Positions 1 through 8,913 of a DNA stretch of 64,000 nt are shown piece by piece. The DNA is from a virus. The translations under genes and the position numbers were made by a program. The notes under the pieces are model-generated. The model saw nothing but the letters and a program-made list of their open reading frames with translations, had not been told where the DNA came from and made no database searches. Position 1 is the stretch's first letter. Every line of letters starts with the position of its first letter. The stretch lies in the IMG/VR virus record IMGVR_UViG_3300027519_000002; one strand, written 5' to 3'.

Positions 1-1
1 C

Positions 2-109
2 GTTAAACAAGAACGTGAGCTTCAAAAGCAAGGTGCACAAGCCTCTGCTAATGCTCAATTGGAAAGAGTGAAAGCCTCACTTAACCCACCTAAACAATCT
101 AATCAATAA
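2..109 (+). CDS. 3' end of an upstream late gene (C-terminal fragment). By N4 synteny this is possibly the portal protein.
   Basis: An open frame enters the window and stops at TAA 107-109. A hairpin plus T-run follows immediately. Its position upstream of the capsid-gene cluster matches N4 late-operon order. Confidence 0.35.
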   Translation, partial: VKQERELQKQGAQASANAQLERVKASLNPPKQSNQ

Positions 110-116
110 ACCCCTC

Positions 117-145
117 GGTGTCCGTTCCTCGGACACCTTTATCTC
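117..145 (+). terminator. Rho-independent terminator (GGTGTCCG ttcct CGGACACC, then TTTATCT).
   Basis: Perfect 8-bp inverted repeat followed by a T-rich run, directly after the upstream stop codon. Confidence 0.6.
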
Positions 146-192
146 ACCTCAATCTGCTCCCTATCGGGACAGGACAATTAGGAAAACCTCAA

Positions 193-540
193 ATGAACAG
201 AGAAGAACAAGTTAAAGAAATCCAAATCGGTAAAAAAGAAGCACAGAAGCTAGTTGATACTGCAGCGTCTGTTGACCACTTGATGAAGAGTCGTCACTTC
301 AACCGCGTAATTCTTGAAGGTTACTTCAAAGAAGAGCCGGTTCGATTAACTGGATTGCTTGCTGACCCTGAGTTCCAGTCGGAAGAGTCACAAAAAGAAA
401 TTATGGACTCTCTGCGTTCAATCTCGCTTCTACGCCAATACCTAAATACTCGTGGTTTCTTAGGCGATCAAGCTAAAGCCGCCATCGAAGATATGGACTT
501 GGCAATTGAAGAAATTAACGCTGAAGAAGCGGAGGCCTAA
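193..540 (+). CDS. Hypothetical late protein. The track start at 118 lies inside the terminator hairpin, so ATG 193 is preferred.
   Basis: ORF 118..540. AGGA lies about 10 nt upstream of ATG 193. The 118 start overlaps the terminator stem-loop. Confidence 0.45.
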   Translation: MNREEQVKEIQIGKKEAQKLVDTAASVDHLMKSRHFNRVILEGYFKEEPVRLTGLLADPEFQSEESQKEIMDSLRSISLLRQYLNTRGFLGDQAKAAIEDMDLAIEEINAEEAEA

Positions 541-543
541 TAG

Positions 544-1653
544 ATGGGTGATGACAACATCTTAGGCATGAGTGACGAGCAGTTCGCAGAACTGCCTGTC
601 CCTGACTTTTCAGAAGAATCATTTGAAGAGCCTGAGTCTGTTAGCGACAGCGGTGCAGACGAAGGTGTAGATGAACACTCAGAACCTGAATATGAGCAAG
701 AAGAAGGTGAGTTCGATGAAACCCTTGAAGAAGAAGAAAATCTTGATGAGGAAGCTGAAGAGGCTTCTGAAACTGATGATCTTGGCTCAGATGAAGACGA
801 TGAAGACGGGGAACCCGATGACGCTGAAAAAGACTCCAGCGATGTAGACTACGAAAGCTTCTATAAAGCTCTCACAGCGCCTTTTAAGGCAAATGGTAGA
901 GAGATGCAGGTAGACAACCCAGAAGACGCTGTACGGCTCATGCAGATGGGTGCTAACTACAATAAGAAGATGGCTTCATTGAAACCCAACCTCAAACTTA
1001 TGAAGATGTTGGACAACAATGGTCTACTTGCAGAAGATAAGCTATCGTTCCTCATAGACCTGGACAAGAAAAATCCAGACGCAATTAAGAAGCTAGTTCA
1101 GGAATCAGGTGTTGAAACCTATGACCTAGACTCAGCGGATGAATACAAGCCAAATTCCTACTCTGTAGACGATAAGGAGTTTGCGTTAGACGAGGTACTA
1201 GATGAAATCAAGCACACCCCGTCTTACGAAAAAACTCTCGATGTCGTAAACAACGTTTGGGACCAAACTAGTAAACGCATTATTGCGAACAACCCCGAAG
1301 TTTTAACTGCAATCAACGAGCACATCGAAAACGGTGTTTATGACCAGATCACTGCTCAGATTGACAAAGATAGAATGCTTGGACGGTTATCAGGCCTCTC
1401 TGATATCGAAGCGTACCGTCAAGTAGGTGATCGTCTATTCTCACAGGGCAATTTCAATAAAGAAAACCCGCCAACGCAAGAAAGCCCCGAACCTACGCCA
1501 CAACCAAGCCCTAAAGCTAAACAAGTAGCAAGGCGCAAACGCGCAGCAGCTACGCCACGTTCAGCTTCCTCTGCTTCACAAAATCCCACCTTTAATCCCC
1601 TAGCTATGTCTGACGAAGACTTCGAAAAGGAGTTCTCAGACAGCTACATCTAG
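544..1653 (+). CDS. Highly acidic protein, putative scaffolding protein (encoded immediately upstream of the major capsid protein).
   Basis: The N-terminal ~110 aa are extremely D/E-rich. GGAGG lies 9 nt upstream. Position mirrors N4 gp57. Assigned by synteny only. Confidence 0.4.
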   Translation: MGDDNILGMSDEQFAELPVPDFSEESFEEPESVSDSGADEGVDEHSEPEYEQEEGEFDETLEEEENLDEEAEEASETDDLGSDEDDEDGEPDDAEKDSSDVDYESFYKALTAPFKANGREMQVDNPEDAVRLMQMGANYNKKMASLKPNLKLMKMLDNNGLLAEDKLSFLIDLDKKNPDAIKKLVQESGVETYDLDSADEYKPNSYSVDDKEFALDEVLDEIKHTPSYEKTLDVVNNVWDQTSKRIIANNPEVLTAINEHIENGVYDQITAQIDKDRMLGRLSGLSDIEAYRQVGDRLFSQGNFNKENPPTQESPEPTPQPSPKAKQVARRKRAAATPRSASSASQNPTFNPLAMSDEDFEKEFSDSYI

Positions 1654-1668
1654 TAGGTAACATTCCTC

Positions 1669-2832
1669 ATGTCTAGACAATATAACGATCCAGTTGGCGG
1701 TAACCAATCAACTATTGGTGTTCAGCACCGTACCGACCACTACGTCAAAAAAGCCCTCATTGAAGCAGTAAAAGAAGAGTACTTTGGCCAGTTGGCTTCT
1801 TCTAAGCACATGCCTAAGAACATGGGTAAAACCATGAAGCTGTACCACTACTTGCCGCTACTTGATGACCGCAACATCAATGACCAAGGTATTGACGCAT
1901 CTGGCGCAACTATCGCAAACGGTAATCTTTACGGTTCAAGTAAAGACATCGGTACTATCACTTCGAAGATTCCTCTTCTTTCTGAAACCGGTGGTCGTGT
2001 TAACCGAGTTGGCTTCAAACGTATTCCGTTGGAAGGCACACTTGAGAAAATGGGTTTCTTCGACGAGTACACCCAAGAGTCACTAGACTTCGATTCTGAT
2101 GCAGAGCTACGTTCTCACGTAAACCGCGAAATGATTGTTGGTGCTGATCAGCTAACTGAAGCAATTCTACAAGCAGATATCCTAAACGCGGCTGGTACTG
2201 TTAAGTTCGCTGGCGCAGCGTTAGACCTTGATGAAGTTGGCCCTGCAGACCTAGTAACTTACGACGACCTTGTTAAGCTTGGCATCGACCTAGATAACAA
2301 CCGTACACCTAAGCAATCTAAGGTAATTACCGGTACTCGTATCATCGATACCAAAGTAGTTAGCGGTGGTCGCCCAATGTACGTACCGTCTGAACTAATC
2401 CCTACGCTAATGGCGATGAAGGACTACCACGGCGAAAAAGCGTTTGTTGAAGTTAAGCACTACGCGGCTTCTGGTCAGACTCTACGTGGTGAAGTTGGCT
2501 CAATTGCAGGCTTCCGTATCATCACTCCACTAGAGATGCAGCGTTACGAAGGTGCTGGCGCAGCCGGTGACAACACTTCATACGAGACTGGCGGTAAAGT
2601 TGACGTATTCCCAATGCTAGTTGTTGGTGACGAGTCATTCGCTACTATCGGTTTCCAAACTGATGGTAAGACCGTTAAGTTCAAGATCATCCATAAAAAG
2701 CCTGGCGAAGAAACTGCTGACCGTACTGACCCGTATGGTGAGACTGGCTTCATGGCTATCAAATGGTACTACGGCTTCTTGCCACTACGTCCTGAGCGTA
2801 TCGCACGCTTTATGACAGCGGCTAAAGCCTAA
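1669..2832 (+). CDS. Major capsid protein (N4 gp56-like).
   Basis: 387 aa, close to the N4 MCP size. Position between the scaffold-like gene and structural genes. Followed by a strong terminator-like hairpin. Assignment rests on synteny and size. Confidence 0.55.
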   Translation: MSRQYNDPVGGNQSTIGVQHRTDHYVKKALIEAVKEEYFGQLASSKHMPKNMGKTMKLYHYLPLLDDRNINDQGIDASGATIANGNLYGSSKDIGTITSKIPLLSETGGRVNRVGFKRIPLEGTLEKMGFFDEYTQESLDFDSDAELRSHVNREMIVGADQLTEAILQADILNAAGTVKFAGAALDLDEVGPADLVTYDDLVKLGIDLDNNRTPKQSKVITGTRIIDTKVVSGGRPMYVPSELIPTLMAMKDYHGEKAFVEVKHYAASGQTLRGEVGSIAGFRIITPLEMQRYEGAGAAGDNTSYETGGKVDVFPMLVVGDESFATIGFQTDGKTVKFKIIHKKPGEETADRTDPYGETGFMAIKWYYGFLPLRPERIARFMTAAKA

Positions 2833-2839
2833 TCACACC

Positions 2840-2884
2840 GAACCCCTTGCTCTTAAGGGGTTCACTTCTTCCTTTCTAAATTTC
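2840..2884 (+). terminator. Hairpin GAACCCCTT(gctctt)AAGGGGTTC followed by a T-rich tract. Likely a partial terminator after the capsid gene.
   Basis: 9-bp perfect inverted repeat right after the MCP stop, then CTTCTTCCTTTCT. Confidence 0.55.
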
Positions 2885-2894
2885 GAGAATATCA

Positions 2895-3416
2895 ATGTCA
2901 CAACTAGACCAATTAAAGGCGCAAGCCGAGCAGTACGGCATTTCATTTCACCCAAACATCGGTGAAGACAAACTTAAAGAAAAAATTGACGAGTTCCTAA
3001 AAGCACAGGCAGATGCAACAAAAGCTGTAGTAGTGGGAACCCCAGTTAAATCAACTAAAGGCCCATCACGTGCTGAAGTACTAGCTGAAGCGTCAAAGCT
3101 TGTTCGCGTAAACATTACTTGCATGAATCCAGCTAAGAAAGACTGGGATGGTGAAATCATCACAGCCGGTAACTCACTAATCGGTACATTCCGTAAGTTC
3201 GTCAAGTTCAATACTGACGAGGGCTATCATATCCCTAATATCATCTACAAGATGCTTAAGCGCCGTAAGTTCAACGTGTTCTATACGGAACGAACCAAGA
3301 ACAACGTACAGCAACGTAAAGCGCGTTTGGCTAATGAGTTCGCTATTGAAGTCATGGAGCCACTAACTGAAGCTGAACTAGCTGAACTGGCTAAGTCACA
3401 AGCAGCGCGAGGTTAA
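2895..3416 (+). CDS. Hypothetical virion protein (N4 gp55 position).
   Basis: 173-aa ORF in the late operon. Confidence 0.45.
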   Translation: MSQLDQLKAQAEQYGISFHPNIGEDKLKEKIDEFLKAQADATKAVVVGTPVKSTKGPSRAEVLAEASKLVRVNITCMNPAKKDWDGEIITAGNSLIGTFRKFVKFNTDEGYHIPNIIYKMLKRRKFNVFYTERTKNNVQQRKARLANEFAIEVMEPLTEAELAELAKSQAARG

Positions 3417-3420
3417 GTAA

Positions 3421-4584
3421 ATGAGCCTGAACGAACTAACTACTGGTAGCATCGATGGTAATGGTGTCTTTGACACGTTGATGCAAAGCGTTCGGGCACA
3501 CCTCGATGTTGAGTTCTCGAAAAACCGTCTTAGTGGGGAAGAGTATGGCAAAGTCTATACAAACCTCACTACGGCAGTTCTTCAACAGTCAATGCAGTTC
3601 CTTCTGTCCGAACCTGGAAGTAAGGCGCAAGTAGAGTTAATTAAGTCACAGCGTGCACAAGTTGACACTCAAACAGACTTAATCTCTACCCAACGTGCTA
3701 ATGCTGTCTTGGAAGGCCAGAACATCGCAAAGCAGGGTAAGTTACTTGATAAGCAAGTCTTAACTGCTGACGAAGAACTGGAACGTGTTAAAGCACAAAC
3801 CTCCCAGATCTCGCAACAGACAACAAACCTTGTTGCTGAAGGTCAGAACATTCCTTTACAGGGTTCACTACTTACTGCTCAAAAAGCCAATACAGAGGCA
3901 CAGACTACTTTACAAGGTAAGAACGCTGCGATTGCTGATCAGCAAATCATTAACCTAGCGTCTGAAAACACTAACTTAGGTACTCAGAACACACTACTAA
4001 CAAAACAAGTGTCTAAGCTAGATACAGACATTGACTTGGTTACAGCGCAAATCTCTTCAATAGGTAAAGAGTCTCTATTCACCGAGCAACGTACTCGCAA
4101 CCTTGCAGCAGAAGCCCTTAACGTACCGAAGCAGGGCATTATTCTCGATAAGCAAGCGTCTGTACTGGAAGAACAAGTTCTCACCTCTGCGAAGTCTAGG
4201 GACACCGCTGATGCACAAATCTCATTGACCAATGCTCAGAAACTTAAGGTTGATAGTGATGTTAAGGCCACTGAAGCCAACATCCTTAAATTCAACAAAG
4301 AGGTTGAAGTTCTTCAGCAACGTAAGCTAACCGAGCAAGCACAAATTCTTGACTCAGTAGATGGAGTGCCTGTTAGCGGTATCTTAGGTAAGCAGCGAGA
4401 GCTTTACGGCCAACAAATCGAAGGTTACAAGCGCGATGCAGAACAGAAAGTATTTAAGAACTTTGCTGATGTATGGAGCGTGCTTAGAACAACCGATAAC
4501 GGCTACGACCCTGTACCTTATGGTTTCACGGTTGAGAATTTTAACTCAGTAGTTGAGAAAGCGAAGAGCGGCATTGGTGCGTAG
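3421..4584 (+). CDS. Q/T/L-rich predicted coiled-coil structural protein (N4 gp54 position).
   Basis: 387 aa, repetitive Q/L/T-rich sequence typical of fibrous or coiled-coil virion proteins. Confidence 0.45.
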   Translation: MSLNELTTGSIDGNGVFDTLMQSVRAHLDVEFSKNRLSGEEYGKVYTNLTTAVLQQSMQFLLSEPGSKAQVELIKSQRAQVDTQTDLISTQRANAVLEGQNIAKQGKLLDKQVLTADEELERVKAQTSQISQQTTNLVAEGQNIPLQGSLLTAQKANTEAQTTLQGKNAAIADQQIINLASENTNLGTQNTLLTKQVSKLDTDIDLVTAQISSIGKESLFTEQRTRNLAAEALNVPKQGIILDKQASVLEEQVLTSAKSRDTADAQISLTNAQKLKVDSDVKATEANILKFNKEVEVLQQRKLTEQAQILDSVDGVPVSGILGKQRELYGQQIEGYKRDAEQKVFKNFADVWSVLRTTDNGYDPVPYGFTVENFNSVVEKAKSGIGA

Positions 4585-4611
4585 CACCTAGCCGCAACAC
4601 TTAAGGAGGAA

Positions 4612-4634
4612 GGGGGCATTTGCTCCCTTTTTTT
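4612..4634 (+). terminator. GGGGGC(attt)GCTCCC hairpin plus a T7 run, sitting between an AAGGAGGA Shine-Dalgarno sequence and the next gene.
   Basis: Stem with one G-U pair, then TTTTTTT, directly after the 4584 stop. Confidence 0.45.
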
Positions 4635-7079
4635 ATTATGGCTAAATATAGATACAGCGTTGCAACCAGTACTACCTCGTTGTATGACGATCTTCCTGAC
4701 CCACTTAGCCAAGCTATACTGGAGCCCATTTTCGGTGGCGAGTCTAAGAGAATTACAACCAATATACTGAATAGGGCTATAAGTGGCATCAACTGGAAAA
4801 TGGAGAGTTTCTTTTCCTATGGTAAGAATCAGTACTCACTTGGTGTACCGTATCAGAAAGCTTTCACTAACGGTCTTACTGATGAACAGATAGTTGAAAT
4901 CATGTCTCAGTATGAGAGTCAGCCTTACGTCATTGATACCAGTCGAATTGTTCCTAGTTGGTCGGCATTAGAACTTACGCAGGACAAGTTAACTAACGAG
5001 TACGGTTACAACCGTTACACCAGTAAAATTGAACCCCAGAACCATAGCTTTGATGGCTTAATTGATGATAACTATGCCCGCTTCCAATCAGACTTTACTG
5101 ATACGTTAGCACCGGAGTTTGATGCACTTAAAGGTGGCATACCTGTTAACCGTACTATTGAAACCGGTGACACATATAACGGCGAGCCGGCCACTAGGGT
5201 AGACACCTACACGGTAACTACTACCGAGTCCCAAACTGTAGTACCTAGTAAAACGGTGACACATAGGTATGACTCTTTTGAGCACATAATCATCCCCCTG
5301 GAAGAGAGAGACCGCGACCCAACAGAGTTGATACTATTCCGCGATGCTTATGGGTATAAATTGTATTTCTCTATTCATGCTAAGTTTCGTATTCGTGCAC
5401 TATCTTCTATCACATACCAAGAAACGCGCAAAAGACATTACGTATTAGAGGATGGTTCGACAACCCAAGTAGTCAGTAAGATATTCGACCCAGTAACTTT
5501 AAATGGTGAAGTGAGAACAGCATCCGCTACCGAATCGTACTATTACGATGAAGAGGGTGTAATTGAGATGGACGATATTAGTCCTGACCTTATATTTCAG
5601 TCGTACATTGAGTACCACACGATCGATTCTAACGGTAAAAAGCAACCGAAACTCATATACACACCCTTTACTGAAAAGACCTTGCTTGGTCAACCTGACG
5701 CAGACCCAGACGAGTTCAGTCAGTACTACCCGACTGTTCCGTTCATTTCTCAAAATGAGAATATGTTCGATGACAGTAGAAAAGATACTGAGCTTTACAA
5801 AACCTCAATAGAGCTACTCAAACGCCTAGATGTAGATGCGTTGGCTATCTCTGCAGGCATCCAAAGCAGTCCCTCTATAAAAGATATTGACGAAGCCTAC
5901 TTCATGTTGGCTGTAGACGTAGAGACAGAGAAAAAAGCTGAACTCATGTACCTCATGGAGTTCTTTACTCACATTTACGATCAGCAACCTCCCGAACTAA
6001 AAACTACCGTAGACCAGAATAATAAATTCGTTTTTCCCTTGGATAATCTGGTTCAAGGCTTAATGGATATCATGGTCGAAGATGATGTCTCTTTGACTCT
6101 GGCCTTCAATTCCGTAGGTATTCGGAACATTACCGGCAGCATTGGTAAAGTTGGTTCAATGGAGCGCGAGTTTTCACTTGGAGAAAACGACAAGTGGTAC
6201 ATCAGACAACAAACAAAGGCTAACGAGTATAAAGAACTTGTTATCGTTAACCCCACACATCGCAACTGGGTGTACGGTAACGGTAGCATCGAAACCTCAC
6301 TTAGGGAGGCTGTAGAAGATGAGGACAACAAGAACTTCATTATCCCTTTGCATAGGTACTACGTTAACAAGCTCAACTCTTTCGACAGACAGAAGCTTCT
6401 ATACGCTGCCCCTAAAATAATCTCACATGCTTATGAGAAGTCTAAGATTGAGTGGTATGAGACAAAAGCCTTTAAGCAGTTCTTAGTAGCAGTAACCATA
6501 GTAATCACTATAGCCACAGGTGTAGACGTATATACTACAGTTGCAGCGGCATTTACGGCCGGAGGCGTAACACACGCTTTAATTGTCTTAGTGTCTTTGG
6601 TCTTAGAGAAGTACCTTATTACTTTGGCTCTTGAATACGCGGTTGAGCTGATCGGTGTAGAGGCTGCTTTCGTTGCTGCTATTGCAGCTATGGCCGCTGG
6701 TTTGTACACAGAATTTTCAGGTAATGAGTTTCTTAAGCTAGGGCCGACTGAACTACTTCAACTAAGTACGGGCATCAATTCAGCTATCAGTACTAACCTG
6801 CAAAAGGACATGCTAGAATTTCAAGCAGAGGTGACAGCATTTCAGGATGAATCTGAAAGCCTCATGGATGAACTAGAGGCGAAGCAGGAACTGCTTAAGC
6901 CGTCTAATATCATCGACCCATTCTATTTCGTTAACAGTGGGCCAATCCACGACTTCAACGAAGAACCCTCCAACTTCTATCGAAGAACTACTCAAACCAA
7001 CATCGCAGATCTCTCTTACGCTGCCATTGAAAATTTCGCAGAAGTTAATCTTTCCCTCCCAAAACCTAAATTCAATTAG
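4620..7079 (+). CDS. Large virion or ejection protein with C-terminal hydrophobic helices (N4 gp53-like position). Start is ambiguous: TTG 4620 or ATG 4638.
   Basis: 819-aa ORF. Strong SD AAGGAGGA lies 10 nt before TTG 4620, but ATG 4638 follows the T-run. The C-terminus has two or three long hydrophobic segments. Confidence 0.5.
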   Translation: MLPFFIMAKYRYSVATSTTSLYDDLPDPLSQAILEPIFGGESKRITTNILNRAISGINWKMESFFSYGKNQYSLGVPYQKAFTNGLTDEQIVEIMSQYESQPYVIDTSRIVPSWSALELTQDKLTNEYGYNRYTSKIEPQNHSFDGLIDDNYARFQSDFTDTLAPEFDALKGGIPVNRTIETGDTYNGEPATRVDTYTVTTTESQTVVPSKTVTHRYDSFEHIIIPLEERDRDPTELILFRDAYGYKLYFSIHAKFRIRALSSITYQETRKRHYVLEDGSTTQVVSKIFDPVTLNGEVRTASATESYYYDEEGVIEMDDISPDLIFQSYIEYHTIDSNGKKQPKLIYTPFTEKTLLGQPDADPDEFSQYYPTVPFISQNENMFDDSRKDTELYKTSIELLKRLDVDALAISAGIQSSPSIKDIDEAYFMLAVDVETEKKAELMYLMEFFTHIYDQQPPELKTTVDQNNKFVFPLDNLVQGLMDIMVEDDVSLTLAFNSVGIRNITGSIGKVGSMEREFSLGENDKWYIRQQTKANEYKELVIVNPTHRNWVYGNGSIETSLREAVEDEDNKNFIIPLHRYYVNKLNSFDRQKLLYAAPKIISHAYEKSKIEWYETKAFKQFLVAVTIVITIATGVDVYTTVAAAFTAGGVTHALIVLVSLVLEKYLITLALEYAVELIGVEAAFVAAIAAMAAGLYTEFSGNEFLKLGPTELLQLSTGINSAISTNLQKDMLEFQAEVTAFQDESESLMDELEAKQELLKPSNIIDPFYFVNSGPIHDFNEEPSNFYRRTTQTNIADLSYAAIENFAEVNLSLPKPKFN

Positions 7080-7087
7080 GACAACGT

Positions 7088-7471
7088 ATGTTCACATTAC
7101 CTATCACACAGCAGCTAACTAGTAACGCTCTGAATCCTGTCCCTACAACCGCTACACAGGACTTTAACCCTTCTACCTGGGACTCATTGTTCGGATACAC
7201 CAATGAAGACACCGGAGTGCAGCACGCAGGAACATTCTTGCCAACAGCACAAGCAGTAGGGGGTCTAGCACAATCATGGTTAGGTTTTCAGAACCTTGGT
7301 TTAGCTAAAGACCAATTCAACTTCCAGAAAGGTGCCTTCAACGACCAATTTAACCAGCAGGTATCTCAATACAATACTTCAATTAATGATCGCGCCAATT
7401 CCCGCGGCTACCTAACTGATGCCCAGAAAGCCAGTTACGTTAATCAGAACACCTTGGAGGGTCGTGGCTAA
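7088..7471 (+). CDS. Hypothetical virion protein.
   Basis: 127-aa ORF, translationally coupled to the next gene (ATGG overlap at 7471). Confidence 0.45.
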   Translation: MFTLPITQQLTSNALNPVPTTATQDFNPSTWDSLFGYTNEDTGVQHAGTFLPTAQAVGGLAQSWLGFQNLGLAKDQFNFQKGAFNDQFNQQVSQYNTSINDRANSRGYLTDAQKASYVNQNTLEGRG

Positions 7472-8841
7472 TGGCAAACCCTATCACATGGCGTAACGTT
7501 GGAATGCCGAACTTCGGTTCAAGCAACCAATTACAAATTGCGGCCGGTGATCAGTTGAACGCAGGCATCGCCCAGTTAGGGCGTGCCGCTGACACTTATC
7601 GTCAAGGTCAGATTGATACAGAAAGACAAACCAAGGACTTCAATACTCAGAACTTCCTTAAGCAGATAAACGGCTTCAATGATATTGATGGCTATGACCA
7701 ATTCAATCAACGCATTAACAGTGAACTGGGTGGCTTAAACGCTAGTCAGGTAGACGCTGCCGCAGTACAAAGCGCACTACAGGGGAGAGATAACGCGCTA
7801 CGTACAGATGCCCTGCAACAGCAAGAGTTCTCTGACAATCAAGCGGAAGTTGCAGGAAGACCTGATACCCGCAATGCCAATGCGTTAATCGCTGCTGGCA
7901 AGTTTGACGAGGCCGAATCTGTAATCAACGGTAGTTCTACTATCACAGACAAATCCACTCTTCTAAATACCTTGAAGAAGGCCAGAGTTGATGCACGAGA
8001 AGACAAGTTCAAAATGGATGAGCGCACGCGTACATTAGACCTTCGCGCACAAACCGATACCGCACTTGGTATTAGAAACAATGCACTACAAAATGTTGAT
8101 GACCCGACCAACCTTGAAGATTACGTGCAAGGCCAACTTCAGGAAGCAGGCGTAACTGATGCACAAATCATTAAAAACACTATTGCCGGTTTGCAGGACG
8201 ACTTTAACGCACGCAATGGTCTTACTGAAGATCAACGTAAGTCACTAGCTAACGCACAGAGCGTCCACAATAGCATCATCGACAGTACCAATCAGAAGAT
8301 AGATATCATGTCAGGCAGTACGCCGACATACGGGGATGAGTTAGGTCACTTCCTTGATACTAATAATACTACCTCTTCTGCTCTTAAGTACGTGGCAGAG
8401 CAATCTGATAAAAATGTTTCATGGTATGAGGGCATAGACGGACTAGATCACTTCCTCACTGGCGGAGACTCCCGTTGGGGAGGTGACGCTACCAAGATGG
8501 CAAGTAATGCACTTAATACAGCTAAGGAGAACCTACTGGCTGATAAGGGACTTGAAAGTATCATTACTGGCCCTGATGGTGATCGCATGTTAGGTGCCGC
8601 TGTTAAGTATGCAATGGACTCAGTAGCGAATAACGACGGTAGTGGTTGGAGTCAAGAAGAGTTCCAGAAGCAGATTGAAAAAGGCTTCAAGCTGTACCAT
8701 GCCCGCTATACATCAATAAAAGAGCATGAAAAAAAGCTATCAGACCTTGTATTGAAGCGTGATACGTTACAAAATGAAGCCGATGACAGCCTACGTATAT
8801 TAGAGAACTCGTTTAAGCGAGCAAGGCGACAAGGCCAATAA
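7471..8841 (+). CDS. Hypothetical virion protein, Q/N/D-rich (N4 gp51/52 position).
   Basis: 456-aa ORF upstream of the vRNAP. Confidence 0.45.
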   Translation: MANPITWRNVGMPNFGSSNQLQIAAGDQLNAGIAQLGRAADTYRQGQIDTERQTKDFNTQNFLKQINGFNDIDGYDQFNQRINSELGGLNASQVDAAAVQSALQGRDNALRTDALQQQEFSDNQAEVAGRPDTRNANALIAAGKFDEAESVINGSSTITDKSTLLNTLKKARVDAREDKFKMDERTRTLDLRAQTDTALGIRNNALQNVDDPTNLEDYVQGQLQEAGVTDAQIIKNTIAGLQDDFNARNGLTEDQRKSLANAQSVHNSIIDSTNQKIDIMSGSTPTYGDELGHFLDTNNTTSSALKYVAEQSDKNVSWYEGIDGLDHFLTGGDSRWGGDATKMASNALNTAKENLLADKGLESIITGPDGDRMLGAAVKYAMDSVANNDGSGWSQEEFQKQIEKGFKLYHARYTSIKEHEKKLSDLVLKRDTLQNEADDSLRILENSFKRARRQGQ

Positions 8842-8848
8842 TCTTCCA

Positions 8849-8878
8849 AAGGGGTACATCGTTACCCCTTATTTATCT
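8849..8878 (+). terminator. AAGGGGTA(catcgt)TACCCCTT hairpin plus ATTTATCT.
   Basis: 8-bp inverted repeat after the 8841 stop. Confidence 0.5.
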
Positions 8879-8913
8879 CCGCAATACCCCCCAATCAGAG
8901 AGACACCCTCCTT

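Noticed and set aside
118-192. The N-terminal 25 codons of ORF 118-540.
   Set aside because: These codons are the two arms of the terminator hairpin GGTGTCCG/CGGACACC. Start at ATG 193 is preferred.
1862-2815. ORFs 1862-2086(+), 2544-2762(-) and 2621-2815(+) inside the capsid gene.
   Set aside because: Alternative-frame or antisense ORFs within a well-supported gene.
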